A DNA stretch of 64,000 nucleotides from Callorhinchus milii (taxonomy: Eukaryota), in assembly GCF_018977255.1 (NCBI RefSeq), contig NW_024704743.1:2358001-2422000 (forward strand). Direction: 5' to 3'. Shown in pieces: positions 48,968 through 61,640 of the stretch. The position numbers were made by a program, and so were the translations under genes. Numbering within the stretch: position 1 is the stretch's first letter; every line of letters starts with the position of its first letter. The notes under the pieces were generated by a model. It worked only from the letters and a program-made list of their open reading frames with translations, had not been told where the DNA came from and did no database searches.

Positions 48968-51900
48968 TAACTTGTGAGATGCAGCTCACGAAAACCACAG
49001 ATTTAGACACCATCGTTCGGCTTCTTAGAATTGAGTTCCACTGCAGGTCAAGTTTGTGGGTAAAATACCCATTGACTTAAGATATTCGGCAGTTTTAATC
49101 GGAGGTAGATGGAGCATGAATATTCATACCGGTTACTCATTCAACAGTGGTGGAAGTATGATTCCAACCTGGTATCATGGAACGTGATGCTTCTGTGAAA
49201 GCAAAATTGAGGACAACATTGTAATGCAGGGCTTTAAAGGAGATCCTAAACAAGGTACTAGGTTTGTCTTAATTATTTAAAATTTTTTACTCATTTCTTC
49301 TTCTTTCTTCCTTTGCTGAAGGCATGTAGATCCTTTTCTCTTCTGCGAGCTCATCCTGTTGGTGTGGACCTCAGTGACAATTGATGCCAATCCCACAGTC
49401 CCTGTGCCTCGCCCCCTCCCTTCCTCGTCCAAGACCAGTCTCACGATCTTCCCCTTTGACCGTGCCTCGTCTGAAAGAATCAAGTTTGATGGCCTAATAA
49501 CTTTTTCTGCCCTTTTTCTAATAATGGTTTCTCCCCTTTTTCTATGCTCTTTTGTCATTATGCAATCGCTTTGTCTGGTCCAGGTGCTGTAATTTACTAA
49601 GTGTTCTTCAAACTGTCGTGGTGAGTTGTTTCCAGTGTTAGATGGGGTAAAGAGTTACTATATATACCCCCATAAAATTCTGCAGTATTTTGGTTTAAGT
49701 ATTGGCACAAAGAGTGACATACAGAGAAATGTTCTCAAAATCACTTTGACATGAAAACATATTCCGACTCAATACTTTAGACCGATTTGTTTTATTTTAG
49801 TCACAAAATGGTCAAATGATCCTGGAGATTGTGATTTTAGAAAAGTACCATTCAAACGTTTAAATCCAGGTGCAATCAAATAGTTTATTCCATTTTATGA
49901 TGTTTGTCAGTGACGTAGTTGTTCGTATTAATCCATTTTGGTTTCTTCATAATTTGGATCAAAGAGTTCCCAAAGGTCACTGAAACTGTGTCATGCTAAT
50001 ACACACAATGTCACGATGTTTGCAGAGGGAGAAGTGTTGCTCGAAATGTAGGGTGCTTCATGGTACAGTTCTTTGATCTTTATCTGTAAAATCTTCTTAC
50101 CAATGCCATATAATTGAGGTATGGTCATTTACTGCAGCAGTTAAATCTATTCCAAATGCAACATATTTATCAGCCGCTTTGTTGGTGACATAGATGGTTC
50201 TTCAAGGTGGTAAGCTGAGTCATTTGCGAAACAATTTGCTCAGCTTCATTTATTTCCCACAAAAGGGAGGCAGCCCAGTTCCAGGATTTCTTGAACAATT
50301 TTGATTTAAATCTCGCCAAACAGTATAATGGGCCTGAGGTTTGCTCAGTGTGGGAACTTCCTTTATCACGCAGGGCTGGCAAACAATCTGCTACTATCTT
50401 GAAGTGTTTTTTGAGCAGTGTGACTGGGAGGATATTAAACCAGTCAAGTCTTATCTACATAGATATGTTGTAAATTCCCTGCTTTTCAGTTTAGTTTTGA
50501 GGCTTACCATAAGTCAACACATTAGTAACCAATTTGCTGGCATTTAAATGAAAGTTTTCAGGGGTGGGCAAAGTCCACTAATGATATGCCCTTTGTTTGG
50601 GCGACAGTTCCACACTCAGTGCCGAAACTCACTCTCGAAACTAACCGCAATTTTTTTTTAGACCAAGCAGCTAGAAACGGAACTTGTTATTTCTTATTAC
50701 GTCGCGGCTCAAATCTTTTGAATTCAAAAACTTTGCGAGATTGAAAATCGATGCCTATTCCACTTACGTAACAGTCTCCAGATGTCTTTTTAATTGTTTA
50801 GACTACCTGCCATTTCTTATAAAGGCTTCACATTTGAGACCTTCTGACGCTTTATTTTATTTTGCAAAAGCAAAAAAAAAAAGCCAGCGTGACGAAGCTG
50901 AGAAATGGCTCGTTGCTGGGCTGTGACTTTGTCGTGCACCCTCATGTGTACCCTCCTCGCAGCTCTGTGGTTCTTGGAAAAAAATAGTTGCTATTGGAAA
51001 CAGCTTGGCCTAAACCCAAAGTAATGTATTTCCAGTACGCACATGCTTTATACATCTGCTGTGTTATCTTTCTAGTAAAATGGGAGATTTGTATTTTGTT
51101 TTAGTTTTAACTCGTTTCTGAACAGCAATGATAGTAATAATAATAATTTGCATTTGATACAGCGTCTTATCATGTTATCGAGACGTCTCAAAGCGCTTCA
51201 CAGGAGACACTGTAGCATCTTGTGGGCAAAACAATATTTATTGTCTCCGTAAGAAAACCCCCCAAAAACTGGTGATAAAAATGTCCTTTACGTGTAAAGA
51301 GCAGAGTAGTTATATAACTGTCTTCGTTTCAATTACACTGCAGCTTATAGGAGGTATGTACACCTTCTCGCCTCCCTGTCTGCCCCCTGGATGGGCTTCC
51401 TCTGCTCACAGCCGAGACAAATACAGTTACACAGCGGTTGTGGATTGAGTGACCAAATTATTATTTGTTTATTTTGAAGGGCTTTAGAGATGGTCCCAAA
51501 GAATATATAGTTTTTTTTAAAAAACTTTACTGTTAGAATCTTTGGGATAGGACTGTAATCAGATGTACATACACTCAAACTCAAAACACCCACTTATATA
51601 TACACACACACACACTCACACAGACAGAGTAGGGGTCACTGGATAAAGATCACAAGTGATTAATTTTAAACTTAAGAGTTGAAAAGGTATTCCTGAAGCG
51701 ATAACCCAAGGGGCTACAGCTATCTTTAAATTACTGATAATAAGCTTCCTAATGGCAGGTTTAGAATTAAATAATCTAAGTACACATTTATCCCCCCAAA
51801 AAAGTTTGCTTTCTTTCATCAACTGCTGACTGAACTAACAGCGAAAAGTCCAGAGTGATGAGCAGTTCCTGGGCAAACAAGCTTGAGCAGTGCTGGCTTT

Positions 51901-52441
51901 ACAGAGATCTCTGCCCGGCCCACCTTCAGCTGACTTCTGTGACAGGAGGCAAATAACCTGACTCAAGAAGGTCACGTGGGGATTCTTGGTGGGGGAGGCC
52001 TTGGCAACACCAAAAAGTCCAATCTGCTTAAGAGAGATTTGAATCCAGTCTTACCTTTTGATTTAATTTTCTGTCCAGCTATTTCCCCTTAAGTAGTGAA
52101 TCAATGCTAATTACCCCCATCCTCTGGAACTCCATCCCACAGTCCCTTCGCCTCGCCCCCCCACCTCCCTTGCCTTCTTCAAGACCTCAAGGTCCTCCTC
52201 TTCGATTGTGCCTTTGGTCACCTTCCCCATACCCCCCTGGCTCGGAGTCGTGCTCTGCCACTGTCAAGCGCCCTGGGACGCTGTTTTGCATGAGGGACGC
52301 CAGTTTGAAGTAGTTCAATAGTTACCTAAAGTTAATGACACTTTGTTAGGTATCCCTCGGGGGAAACCATCGAGTTCTGATTTCCTGAGTTCCATTTTCT
52401 TTGCTCATCTAAGATCAAGTCCATTTTTTATATTTCCACAG

Positions 52442-52609
52442 TTAGAAGAAATTAATGACAGACTGCTGAGGTCCTGCCACACAAACATCGATGAATTCCT
52501 CTCAGAGCTTGACCATTCGGTGGCTACGAGCCGGAGGGTGATCCAGCAGTTTGAGGAGAAATGCCTCAGGAATATCTCCGAGAACGAGTGGGAGAAAATA
52601 CAACTGAAG
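52442..52609 (+). CDS. RNF32: RNF32 coding exon 7 (LEEINDRLLRSCHTNIDEFLSELD...ENEWEKIQLK)
   Basis: Polypyrimidine tract plus CACAG| acceptor and AAG|GTCAGA donor; 168 nt, phase 0. Confidence 0.95.
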
Positions 52610-52939
52610 GTCAGAACACAGGTGTTCTCACTATCATTAATAACAATAATAATCCTTGTGTTTCGTATAAGCGCCTTATCGCGTCTTCGAGACGTCTCAA
52701 ATTCAGTGATAAAGACACGTTGCAATTAAATCTACTTAAGACACACAGAGAGCAACACTGCAACACGCAGGTTGTGTGAAATTGCACTTTTCCAACTACA
52801 AATGTCAATCTCGAAATTAAATTGTACTTCACAACTGGTTGGTGCAAATTACTACAATATCTTCATTTGAATTTGGGATTTTTCACCATCAATTAGTGCT
52901 TTGCTTCTTAACTTGTGGTCTGTGCCTTATTTTCAGTGG

Positions 52940-53310
52940 AGCTGAGTACCTTTTTCAATTTGGGTACCCAATCATAGAAAGGATATATTAACCTTGGACA
53001 GTGTCCAGCAGTGATTCACTAGATTAATACGTGGGCTAGAAGGGGCTTAGCTATCAGAGGCCAAAGTCGCTGGGTTTTAGTACTTAGAGGAGCGGAGGTT
53101 TAGGGATAATTTGATTTAGGTATTTAAAATAATGAAAGGAATTGATAGTGGAGGACTCTTTGTTTTAGTAGAGGGATCACACATAGGTTTGTGAACATGT
53201 GGAATCTTTACCCCAGAAAGCTGCAGAGGTGGAATCAATACAATTGTTTAGACCTAAATACTTGAGTAGTTGAGGTGTTTAAGAGTATGGCAAAAGGGTG
53301 GAGCAATGGT
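52940..53310 (+). mobile_element. Degenerate CR1 ORF2 3' fragment in the last RNF32 intron
   Basis: AAGGATATATTAACCTTGGA...GATTCACTAGATTAATAC...GAGGTTTAGGGATAATTTGATTTAGGTATTTAAAATAATGAAAGG is typical of CR1 RT ends. Confidence 0.7.
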
Positions 53311-54576
53311 TTAAACAATCTGCCAAGAACTAAAAGTTGTGGAACAGACTTGGTTATTCATAAATAATAGGAAATAATAATTGTTTACCTGACTCCACAT
53401 GTTGAGTTTCCCAAGTGGCTGGAGACAGTGCTTCAGTGGCACTTCTTCCAGGAGGAAGGTCGTGTGGGGGCGTATTCTGGAGGCTTCTTGAACCAAACTC
53501 TTTTGTGATCCCTTTTAATCTTATGAAAGAAAACCCGAGGATGTGCTATCCTGACACTGCCCTTCTCCACATCTCCCTGTGTGGGGCCCTAATGACGCAA
53601 ATCATCCTGGCAATAGTTGATCGAGTCTTATTCAAACTGTGGGAATTACAATAAAGCATTATATGGTAAAAGTGAACTGTACCATCAGACAATCTAATAT
53701 TAATGTGCAGAGGTAGGGACAGGAAGGTAATGGTCAGGTGAGGGGTCTAACAGTCAAGCAACAAATGCTACATTCATGGCTGTGAGACAGATTGCTAAAT
53801 GTGTGTGTGATCTTCAGAGGTGCACTGTGTTATAACTACCTCTCGCCAGAGTATAATCCAATAGAATCATGCTATAAGATGGCAGTTGGGGTATATAAAA
53901 ACCCAACCCACTTTATCAATAGGGTACAAAGTGACCGGATCTAACCTGTGTCTCAGAAACCAGCCATATTTAACGTTCAGGAAGTCAACAGGCCACACAG
54001 GAAGCCAGTTGGTCCATGAGCCACATCAGGTTGGGGGTCCAAATGGTATCTGCCTCGTTAGTCGGCCAGTTATATGAGGGTGCGCCTTATAACAGGTTCC
54101 TACTGTAATCTGATTTTAATGGATTTAAATGAATATTCAGCCGATATCATGACCAGATTATCCTGCCTGTCTCCTACTTTCCAGCAGCAACCCCAGATGA
54201 ACAAGGAAAAGGTATGTTCAGTTTAAACCAAATGCCAGCTGCAATGTGAAAGCTTGTGACTCATTTTGAGTAAATATTTTTAAAATCATTGTACAAGTAA
54301 AATATTAATTAGAATAACAAGTTCATTCAGGGAGTAAAGAGGAGTTTTGAGTTACCCATTAATCCCAATTCTTGAAATTGTATCCAATTCTTGAGAATAT
54401 TTGTCAGGAAAAAAAAATTGATCCAATAAGCTTCATTGTAAATTGCACGAGTAGGAAGGATTATGGACAAGAGACAATGGACCGTGTTTAAATCCTTGAA
54501 TATTGTAGTGTAGGTAAAGGATATAACACCTATCGCAGTCAGTAGCAAAACCTAAATGCAGAAGGCCCTTCACGGA

Positions 54577-54710
54577 GGGGTCCTGTAGCTCAGTGGTTAG
54601 AGCACTCGCTTTGCAAGTGAGAGACCTGAGTTCAATTTCAGACAGAGGGTGAAACCTTGGGCAAGTTTCCTTACTCCACACAGAGCCTAATAATAATCCC
54701 TCGAAAAACA
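54577..54710 (+). mobile_element. SINE 5' part in the last RNF32 intron
   Basis: tRNA-like head and start of the body. Confidence 0.85.
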
Positions 54711-55007
54711 AAACAATTATTTTAGTTAAAGTTTTAGAAGGATTTAAGGAGTGGCAGAGGGAGTCCGAGAGGTTAAGGGTTTAGTAACTGAAGGTTCAGG
54801 CACCGATGTTGACTTGAAGGGAGGGTGGAACAAAGCTGAGAATAGGAGGGAGCAGATGTGGTAGAAGATCAGAGATGTTTATTACAATACTGAGTCAATG
54901 AATCTGACTAAAATTTTTGGTAAGCACAGAATTTGCTTGTTCAATTGTAGATTTTTTTCTGAGATCAATCATAACTGTTGGTTCTTTTTAACTTTCTTTA
55001 ACCTCAG

Positions 55008-55262
55008 GCGATCCAGAGGGAAGGATCTGATTGTCCAATTTGTATCACTCCATTATATTGCTTCAGTAATACAACATTCCCCACTGCTCCTGGTACCACT
55101 GAGAGAAGAGAGGAACATGGTCTATCTGTCCGTCGCACTGTCCTGCTCTCCTGCTCACATGCCTTCCATTACTCCTGTCTGCAAGCCTTCGAGGACTTTA
55201 CAGAGGGACAGAAGCACGTCTGCCCATTATGTAGGTCCACTTACCAAAAGAGAATTATATGA
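55008..55262 (+). CDS. RNF32: RNF32 last coding exon, RING-H2 #2 (AIQREGSDCPIC...LLSCSHAFHYSCLQAFEDF...CPLCRSTYQKRII*)
   Basis: CTCAG| acceptor; 85 codons ending in TGA at 55260-55262. The joined CDS is 1173 nt (390 aa) with no frameshift. Confidence 0.96.
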   Translation, partial: AIQREGSDCPICITPLYCFSNTTFPTAPGTTERREEHGLSVRRTVLLSCSHAFHYSCLQAFEDFTEGQKHVCPLCRSTYQKRII

Positions 55263-55805
55263 AACATAAATAATCTTTCGGTCACATCCTGTTCGTTCAG
55301 AATGGGAGTTTCTCAGAGGGAGAATTTTTAATTATTTCACTTTCATGACATGAAATATACAAATGTTTGTTCCAGTTTCCTGATTTTTTTAAAAAAAACA
55401 GTAAAACAGAAGTTTCCTTCGGCAGCTGTACCATTTTACCTTTCTGTGTTTCAACTGAATCAAGCTGGCTCTCAAAATGGTCCTGTCATCTTGTCAGCGC
55501 CCGCACACACGTCATTAATAAGTCTTATTTGATAAAAATCAACTTTTGTTTTGCATCCTAATAGTTGGGCATCAATTACAGAGCCTTACAATCATCTTCT
55601 GAAAATGTAAATTGTATTTGGAATTTTGCCTTTAAATTATCCAAAGAACTTTTATCCGTCAGGAAAGCTGTTATTCAGGAATTGTGACATTCTCAAAGAA
55701 TTCTCAAACAAGTTCCTGGTTTATTGCTTCAGATCTAAGCTGTTCACTTCTCACGACATCTGCTTTTCTTCAGTCAATGTGGAACTTACTTCTTCACAGT
55801 TTATC

Positions 55806-55811
55806 AATAAA
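55806..55811 (+). terminator. Putative RNF32 polyadenylation signal AATAAA
   Basis: AATAAA about 545 nt after the stop, followed ~20 nt later by GU-rich TCTGGGTGTCTCTG. Confidence 0.55.
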
Positions 55812-56147
55812 ATACAATTTCCTTGAAGATTCTGGGTGTCTCTGATCAAGGAGTCAGTAGATATGTATGTGAAAATTTACATACTGCTAAATGCTGCAAA
55901 TCTGCCTATAGCCCACATAATTAATTGTCATAATTAATCTTTATAACGGGAAGTAAACGGGATATTGAGTGAGTGACGAGTTATGTGGGGTTGGAGGAGT
56001 GAGCTATACCAAGAGTTTCACTGTACAAAGAGTGTTTCTTGACAGACCAACATGTACATCAGTACATCAGTTACTTTCTGTGGCTTCTGATAGATATTGG
56101 AAAAGAAAAGAAAACAAGAAATGGACATGATACACAGTTTGACTGAA

Positions 56148-56153
56148 TTTATT
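56148..56153 (-). terminator. Putative distal LMBR1 polyadenylation signal (AATAAA on - strand)
   Basis: The minus strand reads TGTTTACAATAAATTCAG..., then ~25 nt later a U-rich element TCCATTTCTTGTTTTCTTTTCTTTT. Confidence 0.5.
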
Positions 56154-56832
56154 GTAAACACAAGAAGAGCGACACAATGTAAACTGATTACAACCCATTT
56201 TACCAAAAAAAGGACTATAAACATAATACAATGTAGATTCACTCAGAGCTAACAATGAAACATACAAATAACATGCAATATATCAACAGCTGCAAAATCT
56301 AGGTTAGAGGTATCCTCAATATCAAGAGGAACAGCCTAACTGATGAATTGGCAGTCGGTTGCTTTTGTTTTCACATCTACATAAAGTCTGTCTGGTAACA
56401 AACCATACAGTTGCCGCCAGAACAGTTAGTAAATCCACTTGTGCAAAATATTCTGTTGATTAAAGGCTCGGATAGGCATAAAAATAAATAGTAATCCTTC
56501 ATGAATTCTAGAAAAACAATTGCACTTGGAGACTATATAATGCAGAACCAAATAAGAATGTTAACGGACAGTGGCTGAAAACTAAGGGAAATGCTAACAT
56601 TTTTGTGGAGCTTTTGGTCATACTGCTCTGTAAGTGTCACCACTGGTTGTTTCAAGACATGGTTATTGTGAAGAGTCGGGTTTTCTGTGACAAGAGGGCA
56701 ATATACTCCTCAAATTTTAAAATTCTCAGTGATTCAAAAAGAAGTCAGCGCTAAGCCTAAACTTGGCAGTAAAGCCAAGATCCTTTAGTCAGTATCACTA
56801 TATTTTGTTTTGACCACTTCAAAATAAGCCCT

Positions 56833-57018
56833 ATAACAATCCCTGCATCTGATGCAGCCCCTTCGAGACGCCCCAAAGCGCTTCACGGAATATACCGTAA
56901 AGTGAATATTTTGTGGGCGAAACGTGGCACTCAGTCGTGGATTGAGTGACCAAATTATCATTTTGTTTTATTTTTGACGGGATTATTACCCCAGAAAGCA
57001 ATCCGCCAATCAACTGAT
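56833..57018 (-). mobile_element. SINE 3' part
   Basis: Reverse-complement tail and body. Confidence 0.82.
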
Positions 57019-59336
57019 AACTGGTCAGCATTGCATTGGGATATACTGACCGGTTAGGCTGGTAAATTGCTGGCAACCTCTTTAAAATAGAGGAAAATAT
57101 TCAAAGAAAAAAATATTGTGTATTTTATAATGAAAACGACCTTTAGAACAGCAAGTGTTTGGCAATAAAGCTAAATCAGTAATGTTCTCACGATAAACAA
57201 ATAAAAAAAGTTTCCAATGACTTCAGGAAGCTGATAGCAGAACGTCCTCCAATCGGAGGGAGGTGGCGAAGGTCCCAAGTCACCTCTGCAGTTACTTACA
57301 AAAGTTGCTTTGGTGTTTCAAGATTGTGGAGGAAGCAACAATTGCCGGGAATGGGAATGGGTTTAATTTGACGATAAACAAAACCTGCGTACAATAAGGT
57401 GCATAAAATTAATTATCAGCTGTTACTGCACTTTCAAGTGAAACGGCGCTTTTTCTTAAGTTCAAAAACAAAACGTCCGGGTGTAAATATACGGTTTATT
57501 CAACGGATTGTAGTCACATGAAAAGAGCAATTAATTGCTTCTTATCTTGACTGCCGTGAACTTTGTGCTGTTGGGAACAGAACACGTTTTCACCCCATGA
57601 GCTCCTCAGGAAGACCAGGATATTGGTCCTCTCAGACCTTGTAACAGTGACTGCTGTCTGCGCTCCGTGGCTCAGAACACCGTGATGCCACGATCCAGTC
57701 CCTCTCAGCCAAACGGCCTTGGCATCTTGAGGCCTGAAATTCCTCATGGTTTTAGCCTCAATTGTGAGTGGGGTATTGCACCATTGGCCTCAGCCCTTCA
57801 CCCCAAGTTTTTATTATAAAAAAAACACAAACTATTCCATGAGCCTGAAGCTGTCTGTCAGCAACAGTATAAGACTGCAACCCATCCAGCTTTTTGCATG
57901 TTGTGCATTAGAAAATGCATTTTACTTTTTATAGTTAAAGACTCCTATCCTCTTAAGACTATCCTCCCTGCCACGTCTTCAAAGAAATTTTGTTTTAGTG
58001 TTTATTCTAACTTATAAAAAGATATTCAGGCAGGTCAACAGCGTTTTAAGTGCCACATTAGAATGCCAATTTATATCATTGCAAAAGGTTCTTTTGAAAG
58101 TAATGGAGTGCACACCTAGAACTTAAACAAGCAGAGCTCACCGTAGGGATGTCATTACAACTTTATAGTCTGTATAAAAAGCACAGCTGCCAATTCACCA
58201 AACTACACCCTTTCTCTCCCAGACAGAATAATGCTTAAAAGAGAGAAAATAACAAACACTCTTTAACGTGTTGCTTCACAGTCCGGACATAAGAAAATAT
58301 TTCACATTTACACTTAATGCATTCAGGCAGATCATCACTAATGAACGTAAACATTACAAATGACGCTTACTCTCTGTCTGTTTGTGCCAGTAATCCCACA
58401 GCTGGGAAGTAAATACTTGCATATCAGATAAATTACACACTTTCGCAAATTTGGAAATGTGGTTGTTTTTTTCCAACACAAGTGTTGCTGGCAGCGCAAA
58501 TTATTGTAGAAATCATTTTAACAAGGTTTACTTCAAACATACCAAAAAGGATCTCAATTTAGCATTTTCTTCTTCTTGTGATGTAACAGAAAAAAACACT
58601 TCTATAAAAGATGAATTGTATCACAGTGCACAAGACAATAAAAAATATAACTTACGGAAAGGAACAACTATCATAATGCAAATGAATGTTATTTGAAAAA
58701 TGCTATGAGAAAAGAAACTCACCAAATGATATTGAACCCAGAGCCAAAAAGCATAAATCACAGTGAATTTGTCATTTAGAAAAAACACTCGTATGCAGTT
58801 AGTAGACAGTGTGAACGCTGTACGTTGCTCCATGTCACATGCACAAAGGTCATTTTTGGTCGTTGTGCAAATGCTTTTTTGCGCGAATGGCTGAATAAGA
58901 AAAAATAAGATTTACAAATAAAACCAATGGGTTCACCAGACTGCGGAGGCAAATTGAAGTAAAAGCCGTTTCATTCTGAAACCAGTTTTCTACTGAATTC
59001 CTCAAGTTTCCTTTGCCACGTGCCTGTGTGGTGCTCAATAAAAATCGACAGTAAGAGCTTACTCTTCCTTCCTCTGCCCCCCCACCCCGACCCCCCACCC
59101 AGATCCATCCAAAACATAGAAAAATTAATGCAAATTCACTCAGTGGAAAACGTGCCATGAGGTATTTTTAAGGACGGTCAAAATCACTCGTAATTTTCAA
59201 TTCCTCGTCAACAAACGTTCCATAAATGAACTGTAATCAATCCAAACCGCTCACTTCATCAATAGTTTTTCCTCCATTACGCAGAAGCCCAGGTTACATC
59301 TTAAAGTCTGGCCTCTACACTGTGGTATCTAATCCA

Positions 59337-59885
59337 GCTCTGAGCCGCCTCGCTCTGAGCCGCCTCACTCTGAGCCGCCTCGCTCTGAGCCGCCTCGCTC
59401 TGAGCCGCCTCGCTCTGAGCCGCCTCGCTCTGAGCCTCGCTCTGAGCCGGATTGCTCTGAACTGCCTGTGAGCCGGCTCGCTCTGAGCCGCCTCGCTCTG
59501 AGCCGCCTCGCTCTGAGCCGGATCACTCTGAGCCGGATCGCTCTGAGTCGGATCGCTCTGAGCTGGATTGCTCTGAACTGCCTGTGAGCCCCCTCGCTCT
59601 GAGCCGCCTCGCTCTGAGCCGCCTCGCTCTGAGCCGCCTGTGAGCCGCCTCGCTCTGAGCCGGATTGCTCTGAACTGCCTGTGAGCCGCCTCGCTCTGAG
59701 CCGCCTCGCTCTGAGCCGCCTCGCTCTGAGCCGCCTCGCTCTGAGCCGGATCGCTCTGAGCTGCCTGTGAGCCGGATCGCTCTGAGCTGCCTGTGAGCCG
59801 GATCGCTCTGAGCCGGATCGCTCTGAGCCGCCTCGCTCTGAGCTGCCTGTGAGCCGGATCGCTCTGAGCCGCCTCGCTCTGAGCC
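59337..59885 (+). repeat. Minisatellite, 15-bp unit GCTCTGAGCCGCCTC / GCTCTGAGCCGGATC with interspersed (C)TGCCTGTGA variants, about 36 units
   Basis: Directly visible tandem array. Confidence 0.96.
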
Positions 59886-61526
59886 ACTCACTGCAGCAAA
59901 TTCACTTTTGCCCTTGAACAGTGTTGGAAACGGTTCAAAATGGTGGAAGTTCTACCAATGGTGGGTTCCAACGGTCCCGAATTTGTTTGGTGGACGTATG
60001 AATGTGTTTGGCTTTACAGACACATTTGCTTCGTGAATGTCGAGACTTCATTACTCGCAGTTCGTCCTCACTCGACCAGGACTTATTGATTTGAGTTGGA
60101 TTTCAGATTTGAAAATATAAATTTACCTGTAAACACATCTGGATTCATCAACACCAAGTGTTTGACAAGTTTAGCCTCGAGCAGAATTACTCTTCAAATA
60201 ATCAGAGAATAAAAAGGACAGTGAAGGGAAAAAAGTAATTCACAGTATGCATTTTTTTCCCCCGCAAACAGGAAGTTTGGACCAAGCTAAAAGAATAATA
60301 ATCACAAAAATAGCACCCACGACAAACATATTCACTTCTTAATCTGCTGAGTTGATTCAAAATGTCACAAGTCTCTCAAACTCAATGCAGCTCTCGCCCG
60401 AGTAACTATTGAACAAGTTGAAACTTGACAGATAAAAATAAAATTTCTGCAATTCACTGAAAACACCACGTAGATGCGTGGCAGTAAAATGCACTTCAAC
60501 TCTGCTATTCATCACCAAAGAGCAGTGCTCGATTCGACAGGTGAATGCCATTCACACTTAATGTTTCAGTCGAATGACCCACCAACAATAAGTCTTTCCT
60601 TTCACTGGTCTGGAATCTGCACAAATGAGTTCAGCTGCAAATTCAATGATGGTCCTAAATAGGATTCACAACCAACCTCGATGCAAGGCAACAGAGGTCT
60701 ACGAAACTCAGAAGAAAGTGGGTCTTCAAATAACTTTGCAAAACATCACCATATAATTCCGGGGAAACAGTAAACCGACAGAATTATAAAACGCTACAAT
60801 CAACGTCACTGCACACGGTTTATGGATCACAGTTGGGGTTCAGACCAAATGAAATGGAATGATAGCCCCAGAATACTGAACGCTTTCAAAATCCTTCCAT
60901 GAACACTTGTCAGGGTCAATATCTGCGCTAACTGAAATGAAACACTTTTTTAACCCAAGAGTTTCAATCGCAAAACATTTTCAGCTAAACTGAAGGGAAT
61001 CTGGGAACTCGAGTAAATTTAGAAGATTGTAAGATTACCTTTCAAATCACTGACCAACATCACACACGTGACACATTGGTTCTGAAGTAAACAGAAAAAG
61101 ATTTTCAGAGAGTTTTATTCCAGTCAAGTGTTGCGCTGTTACTGTTATCCGTTACTGTAAGTGTAAATCAGGTTTCCAGGTCATTGATCCACCCTGAGAA
61201 ACATCCCCTCGTCCACAAGGAATGGATTCAGCCATAGCATTGGTTGCAGCGTAAATCAGCAAATCACCTCCAAAATAATTCTCATATATAAGTAAGCTTT
61301 TCAAATGTTAATCAAGAGCCGTTTGTGAGGCCAGATCTTTCAGAACTAAATGACTGACTGACCTCTGGATAGGCATTTAGCTTTTTGTGTAAGGAAATCT
61401 CTCCACTGTACCCCAACAATGTCATTTCAGAGCAGGAAACACAGAGATGGTTTTCTGTTCTGCTCAGAATCGCTTTACTGTTGGAAACAAATCCAGCAGC
61501 GGTGGTCTGAACAGGAAGAAACAGAA

Positions 61527-61640
61527 ATAATAATAGTTGCATTTGAGCGCAACAGCGCCTTATCACCTTGTTGAGACGTCTCAAAGCGCTTTGCAGGATA
61601 CACCGTCAAGTGAATTGACTATATTTTGTGGGCGAAACGT
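61527..61640 (-). mobile_element. SINE tail fragment
   Basis: GCATTTG...CAGCGCCTTATCACCTTGTTGAGACGTCTCAAAGCGCTT... Confidence 0.85.

Noticed and set aside
50559..51390. hAT/Charlie-like element starting CAGGGGTGGGCAAA
   Set aside because: No convincing matching terminal inverted repeat or 8-bp TSD was found.
54898..55269. 123-aa ORF over the last RNF32 exon
   Set aside because: Wrong reading frame. The real exon starts at 55008 in another frame and encodes the RING-H2.
57514..57747. Possible extra exon or small gene between RNF32 and LMBR1
   Set aside because: No recognisable protein and no clear splice pair; both flanking genes already have complete C-termini.
59315..59891. 190-aa and 122-aa repetitive ORFs
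   Set aside because: Artefacts of the 15-bp minisatellite.
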